DNA of 64,000 nucleotides from Candidatus Kapaibacterium sp. (GCA_963664875.1 OY761611.1:1664001-1728000); one strand, 5' to 3'; positions 41,339 to 51,841 are shown, counted from the first letter of the stretch. Translations and numbers: made by a program. Notes: generated by a model from the sequence alone, not told the origin.

Positions 41339-41545
41339 TTCCCCTCTTGAGAGGTGCGTGAGCGAAGCGAAGGCGGGGTGGATAAGAACGTTGGTTCTAA
41401 ATACACTCTAAAAAATATAATTAGTTTAAAACTTATCTCTTTAGCACGTTTTCCTTACTTTGAAGTTACGCTCTTCGCTTTTTTCCACCCCGGCACTACG
41501 TGCCACCCTACTTCGACAGGCTCAGCACGGCGCTCAAGAGGGGAA
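41339..41545. repeat. REP doublet / MITE-like element with terminal inverted repeats
   Basis: ttcccctcttgag (41339-51) / ctcaagaggggaa (41533-45); inner cggggtgga/tccaccccg; same family as 32903. Confidence 0.75.
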
Positions 41546-41632
41546 AATACATATTTGATTTTATGATAAAAAACATAGGTGAGCAAAAGTGTGATTTACA
41601 ATACCATATCTAAAAAACTTTAGAGGAATACC

Positions 41633-42982
41633 ATGCAAAGATTTAATTTTAAGAACAACGTTATGTTCAAAGTGGTAGTTATAGCTGCTCTTATTATCAT
41701 ACTCCAATTCCCGAATGCTCTTGTTCGATCGCTTATTCATGAAAGAGAACAGATTCATCAGGATGCAGTCTTGGAAGTCAGCGAAAAATGGGGAAACGGA
41801 CAGACTCTTACAGGGCCCTATCTTTCTGTGCCTTATGATATTTATATCAAAAACGAAAGGTACTCCACAGACTCTACTTCCAGCTATACTATTTCAAAAG
41901 GTTGGATTTATATCTTGCCGGAAGAGCTTAAAATCAATGGCAAACTTTCACCTGAGGAACGCTACCGTGGGCTGCATGATGTAGTGGTTTACGAATCGGA
42001 TATCACACTGCAGGGTAAGTTTAATAAAATGGATTTGAAGGATTTGGATATAGACTTTGATAAAATTCATTTCGAGAAAGCTCACCTTAATGTTGGTGTA
42101 TCTGATTTGAAAGGTATCGAAAAGCAAATTCAGCTTGATTGGAACGACACTACTAAGTTTTTCAATTCAGGTCTTAGTACTGTCGATATTGTGAATTCCG
42201 GAATAAGTGTGCCGGTGGATATTTCTCTTGAAGACTCCACAGAATATAATTTCTCGCTAAATATTGATCTGAAGGGCAGCCAGCACGTATTTTTCACTCC
42301 GCTTGGGAAGACAACAGATGTGCATCTTAGTTCAACTTGGCAGCATCCGAGCTTTTCCGGTGAGTATTTGCCGGACTCCAGAGAAATAAATGCTAATGGT
42401 TTCAAAGCTCATTGGAATATTCTGCATTTGAATAGAAACTATCCACAGATGTGGACAGGTGATAGCTTCAAAGTTGGTGGCAGCATCTTTGGTGCAGACT
42501 TATTGCTTGCAGTAGATAGATACAAAAAGTCGGACAGAGTCGCCAAATACTCTATACTCTTTATCTGTCTCACATTTCTTGTATTCTTTTTTGTGGAAAT
42601 ACTCAATAAAAAATATATACATCCTATACAGTACCTGCTCGTGGGTATTGCTCTGATACTATTTTATACATTGTTGCTTTCATTTAGTGAGCACATGCTC
42701 TTCAGTGTAGCGTATCTGCTTGCGTCTATTATGTCGCTGCTGCTAATCAGCTTATACACACTTGCTATATTAAAGTCGAAGCAGGTAAGCTTGCTGATGT
42801 TCGGCATATTAACTATACTTTATGGTTTCATCTATACTATAATCTCTATGCAGGACTACTCGCTCCTAATCGGCAGCATTGGTCTATTCCAAATACTCGC
42901 ATTAGTGATGTACTTCTCTCGCAAGATAGACTGGTACGAGATTAAGTTGGGTAAGACCGTAAAGGTTGAGGATGAGGTTTAG
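41633..42982 (+). CDS. creD: Cell envelope integrity inner membrane protein CreD
   Basis: KWGNGQTLTGP, WQHPSFSGEYLP, IHPIQYLLVG, LLLSFSEH, SRKIDWY. Confidence 0.94.
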   Translation: MQRFNFKNNVMFKVVVIAALIIILQFPNALVRSLIHEREQIHQDAVLEVSEKWGNGQTLTGPYLSVPYDIYIKNERYSTDSTSSYTISKGWIYILPEELKINGKLSPEERYRGLHDVVVYESDITLQGKFNKMDLKDLDIDFDKIHFEKAHLNVGVSDLKGIEKQIQLDWNDTTKFFNSGLSTVDIVNSGISVPVDISLEDSTEYNFSLNIDLKGSQHVFFTPLGKTTDVHLSSTWQHPSFSGEYLPDSREINANGFKAHWNILHLNRNYPQMWTGDSFKVGGSIFGADLLLAVDRYKKSDRVAKYSILFICLTFLVFFFVEILNKKYIHPIQYLLVGIALILFYTLLLSFSEHMLFSVAYLLASIMSLLLISLYTLAILKSKQVSLLMFGILTILYGFIYTIISMQDYSLLIGSIGLFQILALVMYFSRKIDWYEIKLGKTVKVEDEV

Positions 42983-43079
42983 GGTTAGTGATAATTAAAA
43001 GTTGCGTGTTTAACTAAGAAGATACATTATTCAAAAAAAGTCATTAGAAAACTCAATTATGTTGTAATCTTGTTTATTG

Positions 43080-43101
43080 ACAAGGGGTTAAAACCCCTTG
43101 T
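43080..43101. repeat. REP-like hairpin
   Basis: acaaggggtt-aa-aaccccttgt. Confidence 0.65.
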
Positions 43102-43343
43102 TTAATTATTCAATAAGTTCTGATTATATTGCCGTAAGCTATATTTCGACAAGCTCAGTAACCTTTGGCGGTTGCACTTGGTGTAACTCTTTACAGGCTT
43201 GTGCTTTAGCTTGCGGTAATTTAGATAATACTTATGTTGAATGGCACTTCATTTTCTTAGGTTTTTAAAATTCTTGAAAAGCAAATCTTATATGCTTATA
43301 TTATATTAGAATTTCTGCTTGTAAAATAATCATCAAAAACATT

Positions 43344-43502
43344 ATGCAGTCCAAAATTAGATTCGAAGACGATTTACCTAAAAGCCATCAATATATTGAA
43401 ATAGAATTAGATTCTCTTATAGATGAAATCAATCCTGTTGATGTGTACTCCGAATTTGATTCCGGAGAAGATGTCGGTAGTGAAGTTTTGGAAGCTGATT
43501 AA
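43344..43502 (+). CDS. Small acidic protein resembling the C-terminal half of MazE/PemI antitoxins
   Basis: Hand translation MQSKIRFEDDLPKSHQYIEIELDSLIDEINPVDVYSEFDSGEDVGSEVLEAD*; below the ORF-track size cutoff; stop 2 nt before the next ATG. Confidence 0.6.
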   Translation: MQSKIRFEDDLPKSHQYIEIELDSLIDEINPVDVYSEFDSGEDVGSEVLEAD

Positions 43503-43504
43503 AT

Positions 43505-43930
43505 ATGCATACCATCAATCAGATACTATGTTGGGCAGGTCTCCATTTAGCATTTGCTAACCCGCTATATCTTTTGCTCAAACAGGGTAATATTCTTCTT
43601 AACAAAATTTTTGCATCCGAGACAAAAGACCGCAAACAGATAGTATATTTGCTGCTTTGCCTTTTCGGAATATTGGGCATGGAAACAATCGTTTTTACCA
43701 AAGCTTTGCCTCATTGGCTTATGATGCTGTTGGTTTTTCTGAATTTGCAGTTCCCGGGTTACTATTTCTGGGGTAAAACCAGAGACAAAGTTATGAGCTA
43801 CAAGTCCAAAGAATACGGAGACGCTTTTATTACATTCTTTATAAATATGCCAATTGCGTTGTTTTTTCTCGGCTTGGCTTTCGCAATCACTCTTTTCCTT
43901 ATTGATTTTACTTCAAAAGTGGATTATTAG
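43505..43930 (+). CDS. Hypothetical membrane protein (about 4 TM helices)
   Basis: Four hydrophobic segments. Confidence 0.7.
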   Translation: MHTINQILCWAGLHLAFANPLYLLLKQGNILLNKIFASETKDRKQIVYLLLCLFGILGMETIVFTKALPHWLMMLLVFLNLQFPGYYFWGKTRDKVMSYKSKEYGDAFITFFINMPIALFFLGLAFAITLFLIDFTSKVDY

Positions 43931-44075
43931 AAGAGATAATTTCTTGCTTTGGAGAATCTGGTATTGTTATTGGATTTTATTATGTGTGATATAATATTAA
44001 AAAATATTTGACTAATATTGACATATGTTTTATATTGCAACATACAATATATTTATAATTTTTTATGGCGTAGTT

Positions 44076-44591
44076 ATGAAGTTTTATACTTATATATTAT
44101 CAATGATAGTATTTTTATCCGCATGTGCATCCAACTATAGTAAAATATCTGAAGAGGAATGTGAAAAGAATACCAAAGTCACATACTTAGTATTAAATTT
44201 TAAAGACGATTCATTTGGTGCACAATCTCATTTTGAAAATGTACTTAGAAGTAAGTGCTATAATGTAATCAATCATTATTCTACAGAAGTGCCTAGGGAT
44301 ATTGACGATGCCTTAAAGATGGGAGAAAAGTATAATGCAGATTTTGTAATATTTGGAACTGTCTGGAAAAAATATTTTGATGGACAAGTCCAGTCTGTAT
44401 ATCTTCCTAACAACATCAATCCTAATGTTTTACCAAATTATGCTGCAGAAGGCTTTTGGATGGGGGCATGGCAAGCTGCTAAAGAACTAACTGGGTATTA
44501 TGTGTGTGGAAGATTATTTAAAATCGAAATAAAATCAAAAAAAATGGAGCAATTGTATTATGGTGATTCAATTTTTAAATTCAGTGACTAA
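44076..44591 (+). CDS. Hypothetical lipoprotein
   Basis: MKFYTYILSMIVFLSAC lipobox; GEKYNADFVIFG (weakly CsgG-like). Confidence 0.72.
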   Translation: MKFYTYILSMIVFLSACASNYSKISEEECEKNTKVTYLVLNFKDDSFGAQSHFENVLRSKCYNVINHYSTEVPRDIDDALKMGEKYNADFVIFGTVWKKYFDGQVQSVYLPNNINPNVLPNYAAEGFWMGAWQAAKELTGYYVCGRLFKIEIKSKKMEQLYYGDSIFKFSD

Positions 44592-44626
44592 TATTTTATA
44601 GTAGTTGTATGACTTTTTTACTATAG

Positions 44627-44741
44627 CAAGTTCAGTAACCTTTAACTTCTCACTCTCAACGCCCTTACAGGGCTCAGTGAGAAAAAATAACTCTGCCCCA
44701 TGGCGTTGCCATGGGCTATTATCTTTGAGGCTTTCAGCCTC
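44627..44741. repeat. Composite REP-like element (three hairpins)
   Basis: gccc-ttaca-gggc, cccatggc-gtt-gccatggg, gaggc-tttca-gcctc. Confidence 0.75.
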
Positions 44742-44786
44742 GAAAACTAATATGATTTAATGTTCGGTAACAGTAGTTTAGCTACA

Positions 44787-44821
44787 AATTCCTAATTTGT
44801 AATTTGAAATTCGTAATTCCA
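44787..44821 (+). repeat. Heptamer tandem repeat, 5 copies
   Basis: aattcct aatttgt aatttga aattcgt aattcca. Confidence 0.7.
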
Positions 44822-44823
44822 AT

Positions 44824-44862
44824 AAAAATCCCCCACTCTCAAAATACTGAAAGTGGGGGTTT
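44824..44862 (-). terminator. Terminator after glyA
   Basis: cccccact/agtggggg with a T-tract on the minus strand. Confidence 0.75.
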
Positions 44863-44892
44863 CATTTTTCAAAAATCTAAGTGGGATTATTC

Positions 44893-46188
44893 TTATGATT
44901 TTTGATGCAATGGGAATTTTGCTGTAAATTCTTTTACTTCGTTTCTTACTGCTTCGTAAACTTCTTCGTTATCGATGTTAGAAAGTACTTTGTCGATCAT
45001 GCCGGCAATTGCTTTCATGTCGTCTTCTTTGCATCCGCGAGAAGTCATTGCAGCAGTACCTAATCTGATACCTGAAGTTACTAATGGAGAGCGTTTTTCG
45101 CCCGGTACAGTGTTTTTGTTACAAGTGATTCCCGCTTCATCCAAAGCGTTTTCAGCTTGTTTACCTGTGATGTCTTTATTAGTAAGGTCAATAAGCATCA
45201 AGTGGTTATCAGTACCGTCAGAAACTAATTTATAACCTTTAGCCATCATTTCATTAGCCAAAGCTTGTGCGTTAGCCATTACCTGATCAATGTATCTATC
45301 GAATGAGTCAGTCAAACATTCGCCGAAAGCAACAGCTTTAGCAGCGATAACGTGCATTAATGGACCGCCCTGTACGCCAGGCATAACAGTAGAATCCAAA
45401 AGTTCGCTCATCATTTTAGTTCTGCCTGATTTAGGCGCAACGATTCCAAATGGATTTTCGAAATCTTTACCCATCATGATAAGACCACCGCGAGGGCCAC
45501 GCAAAGTTTTGTGAGTAGTAGAAGCTACTACGTGGCAATGAGGAACCGGATTGTTCAATTTGCCTTTTGCAATAAGACCAGCCGGGTGAGCGATATCTGC
45601 AAACAAGAAAGCACCGATAGAATCAGCGATTTCACGGAAGCGTTTGAAGTCGATATCTCTTGGGTAAGCAGAAGCACCAACAGTGATAAGTTTTGGTTTG
45701 TGCTCTTTAGCTAATTTTTCAACATTATCATAATCGATTTTGCCTGTTTCTGGGTCAAGAGTATAAGGGATAAAGTTATACAATTTACCGGAGAAGTTCA
45801 CAGGAGAACCGTGAGTCAAGTGACCGCCGTGAGAAAGGTCTAAGCCCATCACAGTGTCGCCTGGTTTGATAAAAGTCATGTAAACAGCCATGTTTGCCTG
45901 AGAGCCACTGTGCGGCTGAACGTTAGCATACTCAGCACCAAAAAGTTTTTTCAGTCTGTCGCGAGCTATATCTTCCGCAACGTCCACCCATTCGCAGCCG
46001 CCATAGTAGCGCTTGCCCGGGTAACCTTCGGCGTATTTGTTAGTAAGAACTGAACCTTGCACTTCCATTACTTCAGGAGAAGTAAAGTTTTCGCTGGCGA
46101 TAAGCTCGATTTTTTCATGCTGTCTATTATATTCTTTCGTGATAGCATCAAAAACTTCAGGATCTGCTTTTTTAATCAAATCGTACAT
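44893..46188 (-). CDS. glyA: Serine hydroxymethyltransferase
   Basis: [40 protein letters not shown]. Confidence 0.98.
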   Translation of the reverse strand: MYDLIKKADPEVFDAITKEYNRQHEKIELIASENFTSPEVMEVQGSVLTNKYAEGYPGKRYYGGCEWVDVAEDIARDRLKKLFGAEYANVQPHSGSQANMAVYMTFIKPGDTVMGLDLSHGGHLTHGSPVNFSGKLYNFIPYTLDPETGKIDYDNVEKLAKEHKPKLITVGASAYPRDIDFKRFREIADSIGAFLFADIAHPAGLIAKGKLNNPVPHCHVVASTTHKTLRGPRGGLIMMGKDFENPFGIVAPKSGRTKMMSELLDSTVMPGVQGGPLMHVIAAKAVAFGECLTDSFDRYIDQVMANAQALANEMMAKGYKLVSDGTDNHLMLIDLTNKDITGKQAENALDEAGITCNKNTVPGEKRSPLVTSGIRLGTAAMTSRGCKEDDMKAIAGMIDKVLSNIDNEEVYEAVRNEVKEFTAKFPLHQKS

Positions 46189-46636
46189 TTCCGATATCCT
46201 TGATTTTATATTTAAAATGGGTATTATTCAGGATTACATAAAGCATTGTAAAATTATCCAAAATAAAGGATAATATCAAATGATTTTGGTTTCAGCTATT
46301 GGGAATAAAAGGATTAGCAAATATCAATTTAGGAGGAAGCGGCAGGATTCAGATAAATTCTAAGAACCGGGGCAAATCTATAGGCGACTTGCCCGGCTCA
46401 TTTGGAATATTTAAATCTACTCAAATTGCATATTATAATAGGAAAGTTCTCCGGTTTCAATCCGGATAATATAAACTGCACAATCAGAGCTTGGCTTTGA
46501 AGTAAAAGACATCACACCCATACTGTTTTTAGGTTAATATTTAGCTAAGGCTAATTTATTTATCAAAATACGTAAATCATTATCAATTATAATCGTTGTA
46601 TAGATTTTAAGAACACAAATTCAATAGGATAAGCTG

Positions 46637-47608
46637 ATGAAAGCAGTTATTGCCAACGCATACGGAGATCCGAATGTACTGCAAGTCAAGGAAATTGCAA
46701 CTCCAAAACCCAATGAAAACGAAATACTTGTCAAAATCCATGCGACTTCTGTAACAGCCGCCCACTGTGCGATGCGGACAGGCAAGCCACTATTTGGTAG
46801 ATTATTCATAGGGCTAACAAGACCAAAAATCGCTATACCCGGTACTGACCTATCCGGCACAGTTATCGAAGTAGGCAGTCAGGTTTCCAAATTCAAAGTA
46901 GGCGATGAGATAATAGCAGCCACAGATGTAAAAGGCGGCTCGTATGCGGAATATATTTGCCTCGAAGAAAGAGACGTAATTGCCACAAAGCCCGGGAATA
47001 TAAGCCATGCAGAGGCGAGCGGAATAATAGACGGAGGGCAGACGGCACTGTCTTTCCTAAGAGATTCTGCTAAGCTACAAGCCGGACAAAAGATTTTAAT
47101 CAACGGCGCTTCAGGTAGCATAGGTACAGCAGCAATTCAATTAGCTAAGCTCGAAGGTGCAGAAGTAACTGCAGTTTGTAGCACTAAAAATATAGATTTG
47201 GTGATGACACTTGGAAGCGATAACGCTATAGACTATACGACTGAAGATATAACAAAGCAAACCGAAAAATATGATGTGATTTTTGACACAGTCGGCAAAT
47301 TAGATTTCAATCAGATAAAACATATTCTTACCCCTGACGGCAAGTACCTTTCTCCTGTCCTTGGTCTTGGTATGCTGAAAGATATGCTGATAAGCAGCTT
47401 TGCAGGCAAGCAAAAAGCAATCTTTTCTGCAACGGGTCTAAGAAAAGATCCTGAGAAACAGAAGGATTTGACTTATATTTCCGAGCTGATGCAGCAGGGC
47501 AAATTGAAAACATTTATCGACAGAAAGTATTCCTTAGAGGAAGTGGCAGATGCACACAAATATGTGGAAACAGGGCATAAAAGAGGAAACATTGTTATAG
47601 AGATGTAG
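46637..47608 (+). CDS. NAD(P)-dependent MDR family oxidoreductase (quinone oxidoreductase-like)
   Basis: GTDLSG, INGASGSIGT, GHKRGNIV; no catalytic Zn ligands evident. Confidence 0.88.
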   Translation: MKAVIANAYGDPNVLQVKEIATPKPNENEILVKIHATSVTAAHCAMRTGKPLFGRLFIGLTRPKIAIPGTDLSGTVIEVGSQVSKFKVGDEIIAATDVKGGSYAEYICLEERDVIATKPGNISHAEASGIIDGGQTALSFLRDSAKLQAGQKILINGASGSIGTAAIQLAKLEGAEVTAVCSTKNIDLVMTLGSDNAIDYTTEDITKQTEKYDVIFDTVGKLDFNQIKHILTPDGKYLSPVLGLGMLKDMLISSFAGKQKAIFSATGLRKDPEKQKDLTYISELMQQGKLKTFIDRKYSLEEVADAHKYVETGHKRGNIVIEM

Positions 47609-47696
47609 CCGATAAAAAAAGATAATATTCTTATTGGCTTGTAATTTGCTAAATCATTATCTTTGTATAGTTTTATCCAATACTACAAACGAAGCC

Positions 47697-48818
47697 ATGA
47701 GAATAGCTTATCTATCTACGTTTTATCCTTTCAGAGGCGGTATCGCTCAGTTTAATGCATTGCTCTATAAAGAGCTTGCTTCTAAGCACGACACAGTACC
47801 ATATACGTTTTTGCGACAGTATCCGGATTTTTTATTCCCGGGGCAAACTCAGTATGTGCAAGAGGGAGACACTGCCGAGAGGATTGAATCAAAAAAAGTA
47901 TTGGACACTGCCAACCCTTTGAGTTACGTAAGAGCTGCCAAAAAGATAGCTCCTTTCAAACCGGATATACTTTTGACAAAATTTTGGATGCCGTACTTTG
48001 CTCCTTCATTGGGCAAGGTAGCCAAACAGCTTTCCAAATCCGGCACTAAGGCTATCAGCATCCTTGACAATGTAATTCCTCACGAAACACGTCCCGGGGA
48101 CATAAGCCTGATTAAATATTTTCTGAATGCAAATGACGCATTTATTGTGATGAGCGATGCAGTGAAGCAGGATTTATTAAAATTGAAACCAAATGCTGTG
48201 TTTGCTGACCATCCGCATCCATTGTATGACCATTTCGGAATGAAAATGCAAAAAATCAATGCACGCAAGGCTATGAACATTCCTGAGAAAAGTAAAGTGC
48301 TTCTGTTTTTTGGTTTCATTCGCGATTACAAAGGGCTCGATTTGCTACTGCAAGCAATGAAACAGCTACCGGAAGACTACTTCTTGCTAATAGCAGGCGA
48401 AGTTTACGGAAGTTTTGATAAGTATGAAGAAATGATAGACAGGATGGATATTCGCTCAAAGGTCGGACTAAATGTCAGGTACATAGGCGATGATGAAGTC
48501 AGCAGATTTTTCTCAGTAGCCGACGTTTGCGTCCTGCCTTACAAGTCAGCTACCCAAAGCGGAATTGTAGGAATAAGCTATCACTTCGACTTGCCTGTTT
48601 TAGCCACAGATGTAGGCGGTCTCAAAGAGATGATAGAGCCTTTCGGCACCGGAGCTATGATAAAAAGACCACATTCTAACGACATAGCTGCTGCGGTAAA
48701 AGCGTTTTTTGAAACCGGCACTTCTGCTGACAGTATCGCCAATATTCAGAATTATAAAAAGAATTATAACTGGAAAACACTCGCAAACTCAATTGAAAAT
48801 TTGTACGATAGTTTATAA
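47697..48818 (+). CDS. GT4 family glycosyltransferase
   Basis: PFRGGIAQF, FGFIRDYKG, LPYKSATQSG, TDVGGLKE. Confidence 0.92.
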   Translation: MRIAYLSTFYPFRGGIAQFNALLYKELASKHDTVPYTFLRQYPDFLFPGQTQYVQEGDTAERIESKKVLDTANPLSYVRAAKKIAPFKPDILLTKFWMPYFAPSLGKVAKQLSKSGTKAISILDNVIPHETRPGDISLIKYFLNANDAFIVMSDAVKQDLLKLKPNAVFADHPHPLYDHFGMKMQKINARKAMNIPEKSKVLLFFGFIRDYKGLDLLLQAMKQLPEDYFLLIAGEVYGSFDKYEEMIDRMDIRSKVGLNVRYIGDDEVSRFFSVADVCVLPYKSATQSGIVGISYHFDLPVLATDVGGLKEMIEPFGTGAMIKRPHSNDIAAAVKAFFETGTSADSIANIQNYKKNYNWKTLANSIENLYDSL

Positions 48819-48824
48819 AATAAG

Positions 48825-49598
48825 ATGAAAAAAAACAGACCTGATTATAAAACGTGGCTACCTCTGAAAAACTATACTTCTGTGGTTGCTCTATTTGTAA
48901 TTGTATTACCTTTATTGTTGGAATCTGATTCGACAATCGCCAAAATAGCCATATCATCAATCGTTATAATGTTCTTGTTCTATTTGCCTTACGTAATAGC
49001 ACATTTCACGCTTAGTAAAAATAGTTTTGCAATACAACACCACTTAGCGGAAGCACTAATAAGCAAAGTCCCTGATACTACTATTGAGGGCAATGCTCTT
49101 GACATTGGCACAGGTAACGGCATAGCAGCTATAAAATTAGCAAAATCCAATCCGAAAATTAAAGTTTTTGGTATTGATATATGGTCAGGCAAGTGGGACT
49201 ATTCTAAAAAGCAATGTATAATCAACGCAAACCTCGAAGGAGTATCAGAAAGAACAGCATTTACCGAGGGCAGCGGCTTCGATTTGCCTGTTAAAAATAC
49301 CTCTATGAATTTGATAATAAGCAATTATGCTATCCACACAATGAAAGAACACGACAAAAAGGTAGTGTTTCAGGAAATAATCAGAGTTTTGGAGCTAAAT
49401 GGCTACCTTGTAGTACAGGATTTTTTTAGAAAGAAATACTTTGGAGATATTGAGAACCTAATTGATTATCTGGCACAATATGGCCTGCATCTCATTAGTC
49501 GTACTAACACGGAAGAGCTTGTCAAAGTGCCTAAGCTACTGAAATATCTTGACATAGCCGGCAATAGTGAAATTTGGGTAATGCAGAAGCATTTATAA
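48825..49598 (+). CDS. Class I SAM-dependent methyltransferase with N-terminal TM helices
   Basis: ALDIGTGNG, GIDIW. Confidence 0.87.
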   Translation: MKKNRPDYKTWLPLKNYTSVVALFVIVLPLLLESDSTIAKIAISSIVIMFLFYLPYVIAHFTLSKNSFAIQHHLAEALISKVPDTTIEGNALDIGTGNGIAAIKLAKSNPKIKVFGIDIWSGKWDYSKKQCIINANLEGVSERTAFTEGSGFDLPVKNTSMNLIISNYAIHTMKEHDKKVVFQEIIRVLELNGYLVVQDFFRKKYFGDIENLIDYLAQYGLHLISRTNTEELVKVPKLLKYLDIAGNSEIWVMQKHL

Positions 49599-49685
49599 GA
49601 GAGTAAGATTTATTGCTATAAATTGCGTAGTATTTTGGATTGGTTTAGTTATGATATAGAGCACAGAGCTCTATCCTTTTTAGAA

Positions 49686-49718
49686 ATAGTGCCCCGCTTA
49701 CCATATTCAGGGCACTAT
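49686..49718. terminator. Hairpin between convergent genes
   Basis: atagtgccc/gggcactat. Confidence 0.6.
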
Positions 49719-49733
49719 ACTTACTTCTAAACA

Positions 49734-50183
49734 CTATACACCGGTACTGCCAAATCCACCTGCTCCACGTTCGGTATCGTCGAGGGAGTCGCACATTTTC
49801 CATTCTGCCTGCTCATAGCGAGCTATCACTAATTGTGCAATCCTATCGCCTCTTTTAATGGTAAACGCTTCTTTGCTGAAGTTAGATAGAATAATCCCAA
49901 TTTCGCCGCGGTAGTCGCTGTCTATTGTTCCGGGAGCATTCAATGCAAACACCCCATTTTTTAAAGCAAGCCCACTTCTTGATCTAACCTGGCATTCGTA
50001 ACCTTCAGGCAAAGCAATTGCAAGATTTGTAGGAACTAATGTTGTCTGTCCGGGTTGTAAAATGACATTTTCATCGATAGCTGCATATATATCCATACCT
50101 GCAGATCCGGTAGTTTTATATGCAGGCAATGGCAAATCACCAAATTTATCATTCAGGCGTGTAATTTTTACTTCTAAACTCAT
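49734..50183 (-). CDS. dut: dUTP diphosphatase
   Basis: [29 protein letters not shown]. Confidence 0.97.
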   Translation of the reverse strand: MSLEVKITRLNDKFGDLPLPAYKTTGSAGMDIYAAIDENVILQPGQTTLVPTNLAIALPEGYECQVRSRSGLALKNGVFALNAPGTIDSDYRGEIGIILSNFSKEAFTIKRGDRIAQLVIARYEQAEWKMCDSLDDTERGAGGFGSTGV

Positions 50184-50464
50184 AGCTACAATTCCTCGAA
50201 TTATATTGAAAATTTTAATTTTGATTACTGTATATTTTAGATTGTCTATATACTCAACTGTTGCTTAAGTTCAAAACAGTAATTCAGATTTCTTTGAAAC
50301 GCCGGTTTAGAAAATTAGCTCTAAAGTCAGAACTAATAATGCTATCTCTTATGAAAACATGTGGAAACTTTCCTCCCGCTCCTTATATCTATCAATCTAT
50401 TTTAATAACATTTCCCTCCTTTTTTCGTAATATTGTAGGTATTCATAATAGAATAGGTGCTTAG

Positions 50465-51841
50465 ATGGCTGAGAAATACGGCAAGATTTTAATAGTGGAT
50501 GATGATGAAGATGTATTGCAGGCAGCGAGGCTCTACCTGAAGCGTCACGTTAAGAGCATACATACAGAAAAAGATCCCGAAAATTTGCCGGGTTTGCTTG
50601 CCGCCTCTTCCTATGATGTTATTCTACTTGATATGAATTTTACTAAGGATATGACCGGTGGTAGTGAAGGCTTCTATTGGTTGGAAAAAATCAGAACCAT
50701 TTTTCCCGAGCAGATTGTTATTATGATTACTGCTTACGGCGATGTTGATACTGCCGTCAAAGCTATTAAATATGGTGCTACTGACTTTGTACTCAAACCT
50801 TGGCAAAACGAGAAACTTCTTGCTACTATTTCTGCAGCTCTGCAGCTCAAAATAAGCCGAGATAAAATAAATACACTTACGAATATAAACCGCGAACTAC
50901 AAAACGATTCTGCAAAACCGTTTGCTGATTTTATAGGGGAATCCGCTAAGATGCAGAAAGTTTTTGCTGACATCAAGAAAGTTGCTGCAACTGATGCCAA
51001 TATCTTAATACTTGGCGAAAACGGAACAGGTAAGGAGCTTGTTGCCCGATCTCTGCATAAGTATTCCAATAGAAGCGATAAGAGCTTTATCAGCGTTGAT
51101 ATGGGATCAATGAATGAGAATCTTTTTGAGTCAGAGCTTTTCGGACATGAAAAAGGGGCGTTTACAGATGCAAAGAGCGAAAAAATTGGTCGCTTCGAAA
51201 TAGCGGAGGGAGGCACTCTCTTTTTAGATGAAATTGGAAATATTCCTCTTCACCTTCAGTCAAAGATACTTCGCGCTTTGGAGAGCCGCAAAATCAGCAA
51301 AGTCGGCTCCTCGAAACAAATTGATATAGATATTAGATTAATCACAGCGACAAACGAAAACCTTAATGACCGGGTAGCTTCCGGCGATTTCAGGAAAGAT
51401 CTGCTTTATAGAATCAATACAGTCGAGATTACTCTGCCTCCGCTAAGAGAGCGAGGTGAGGACATAATTCTACTCGCAGAGCATTTCTTAAATAAATACT
51501 CTAAGAAATATTCCAATTCTATAAAAGGGATAAGTAAGCGAGCAAAAGATAAACTGATGGAACACGCTTGGCCGGGGAATGTTCGCGAACTACAGAATAT
51601 AATTGAAAGAGCAGTAATTCTAACAGAAAACGAATTGCTCCAGCCCGAAGATTTTGCTTTAAACGAAATAGATGATTCCGGCAATGATTTATCATTCAAC
51701 AGCTATAACTTAGACCATGTTGAGAAAACAGTACTTATAAAAGTATTGGAAAAACATGCAGGTAATATCTCCAAAGCTGCTAAAGAACTTGGACTAACCC
51801 GCACATCACTTTACAGACGATTGGAAAAACACGGATTATGA
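50465..51841 (+). CDS. Sigma54-dependent response regulator (NtrC family)
   Basis: REC domain; GENGTGKE; GAFTDA; WPGNVREL; Fis-type HTH. Confidence 0.95.
   Translation: MAEKYGKILIVDDDEDVLQAARLYLKRHVKSIHTEKDPENLPGLLAASSYDVILLDMNFTKDMTGGSEGFYWLEKIRTIFPEQIVIMITAYGDVDTAVKAIKYGATDFVLKPWQNEKLLATISAALQLKISRDKINTLTNINRELQNDSAKPFADFIGESAKMQKVFADIKKVAATDANILILGENGTGKELVARSLHKYSNRSDKSFISVDMGSMNENLFESELFGHEKGAFTDAKSEKIGRFEIAEGGTLFLDEIGNIPLHLQSKILRALESRKISKVGSSKQIDIDIRLITATNENLNDRVASGDFRKDLLYRINTVEITLPPLRERGEDIILLAEHFLNKYSKKYSNSIKGISKRAKDKLMEHAWPGNVRELQNIIERAVILTENELLQPEDFALNEIDDSGNDLSFNSYNLDHVEKTVLIKVLEKHAGNISKAAKELGLTRTSLYRRLEKHGL

Noticed and set aside
40180-44760. Integron cassette array (attC sites)
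   Set aside because: The palindromes lack clear RYYYAAC/GTTRRRY ends, gene orientations are mixed and there is no intI.
46417-46521. Minus-strand 34-aa ORF containing AVYIIRIETGE, reminiscent of a T9SS CTD end
   Set aside because: Too short, with a stop immediately upstream and no supporting context.
46190-46560. Canonical ZTP (pfl) or glycine riboswitch before glyA; glycine riboswitch before gcvT
   Set aside because: The consensus motifs were not found by eye.
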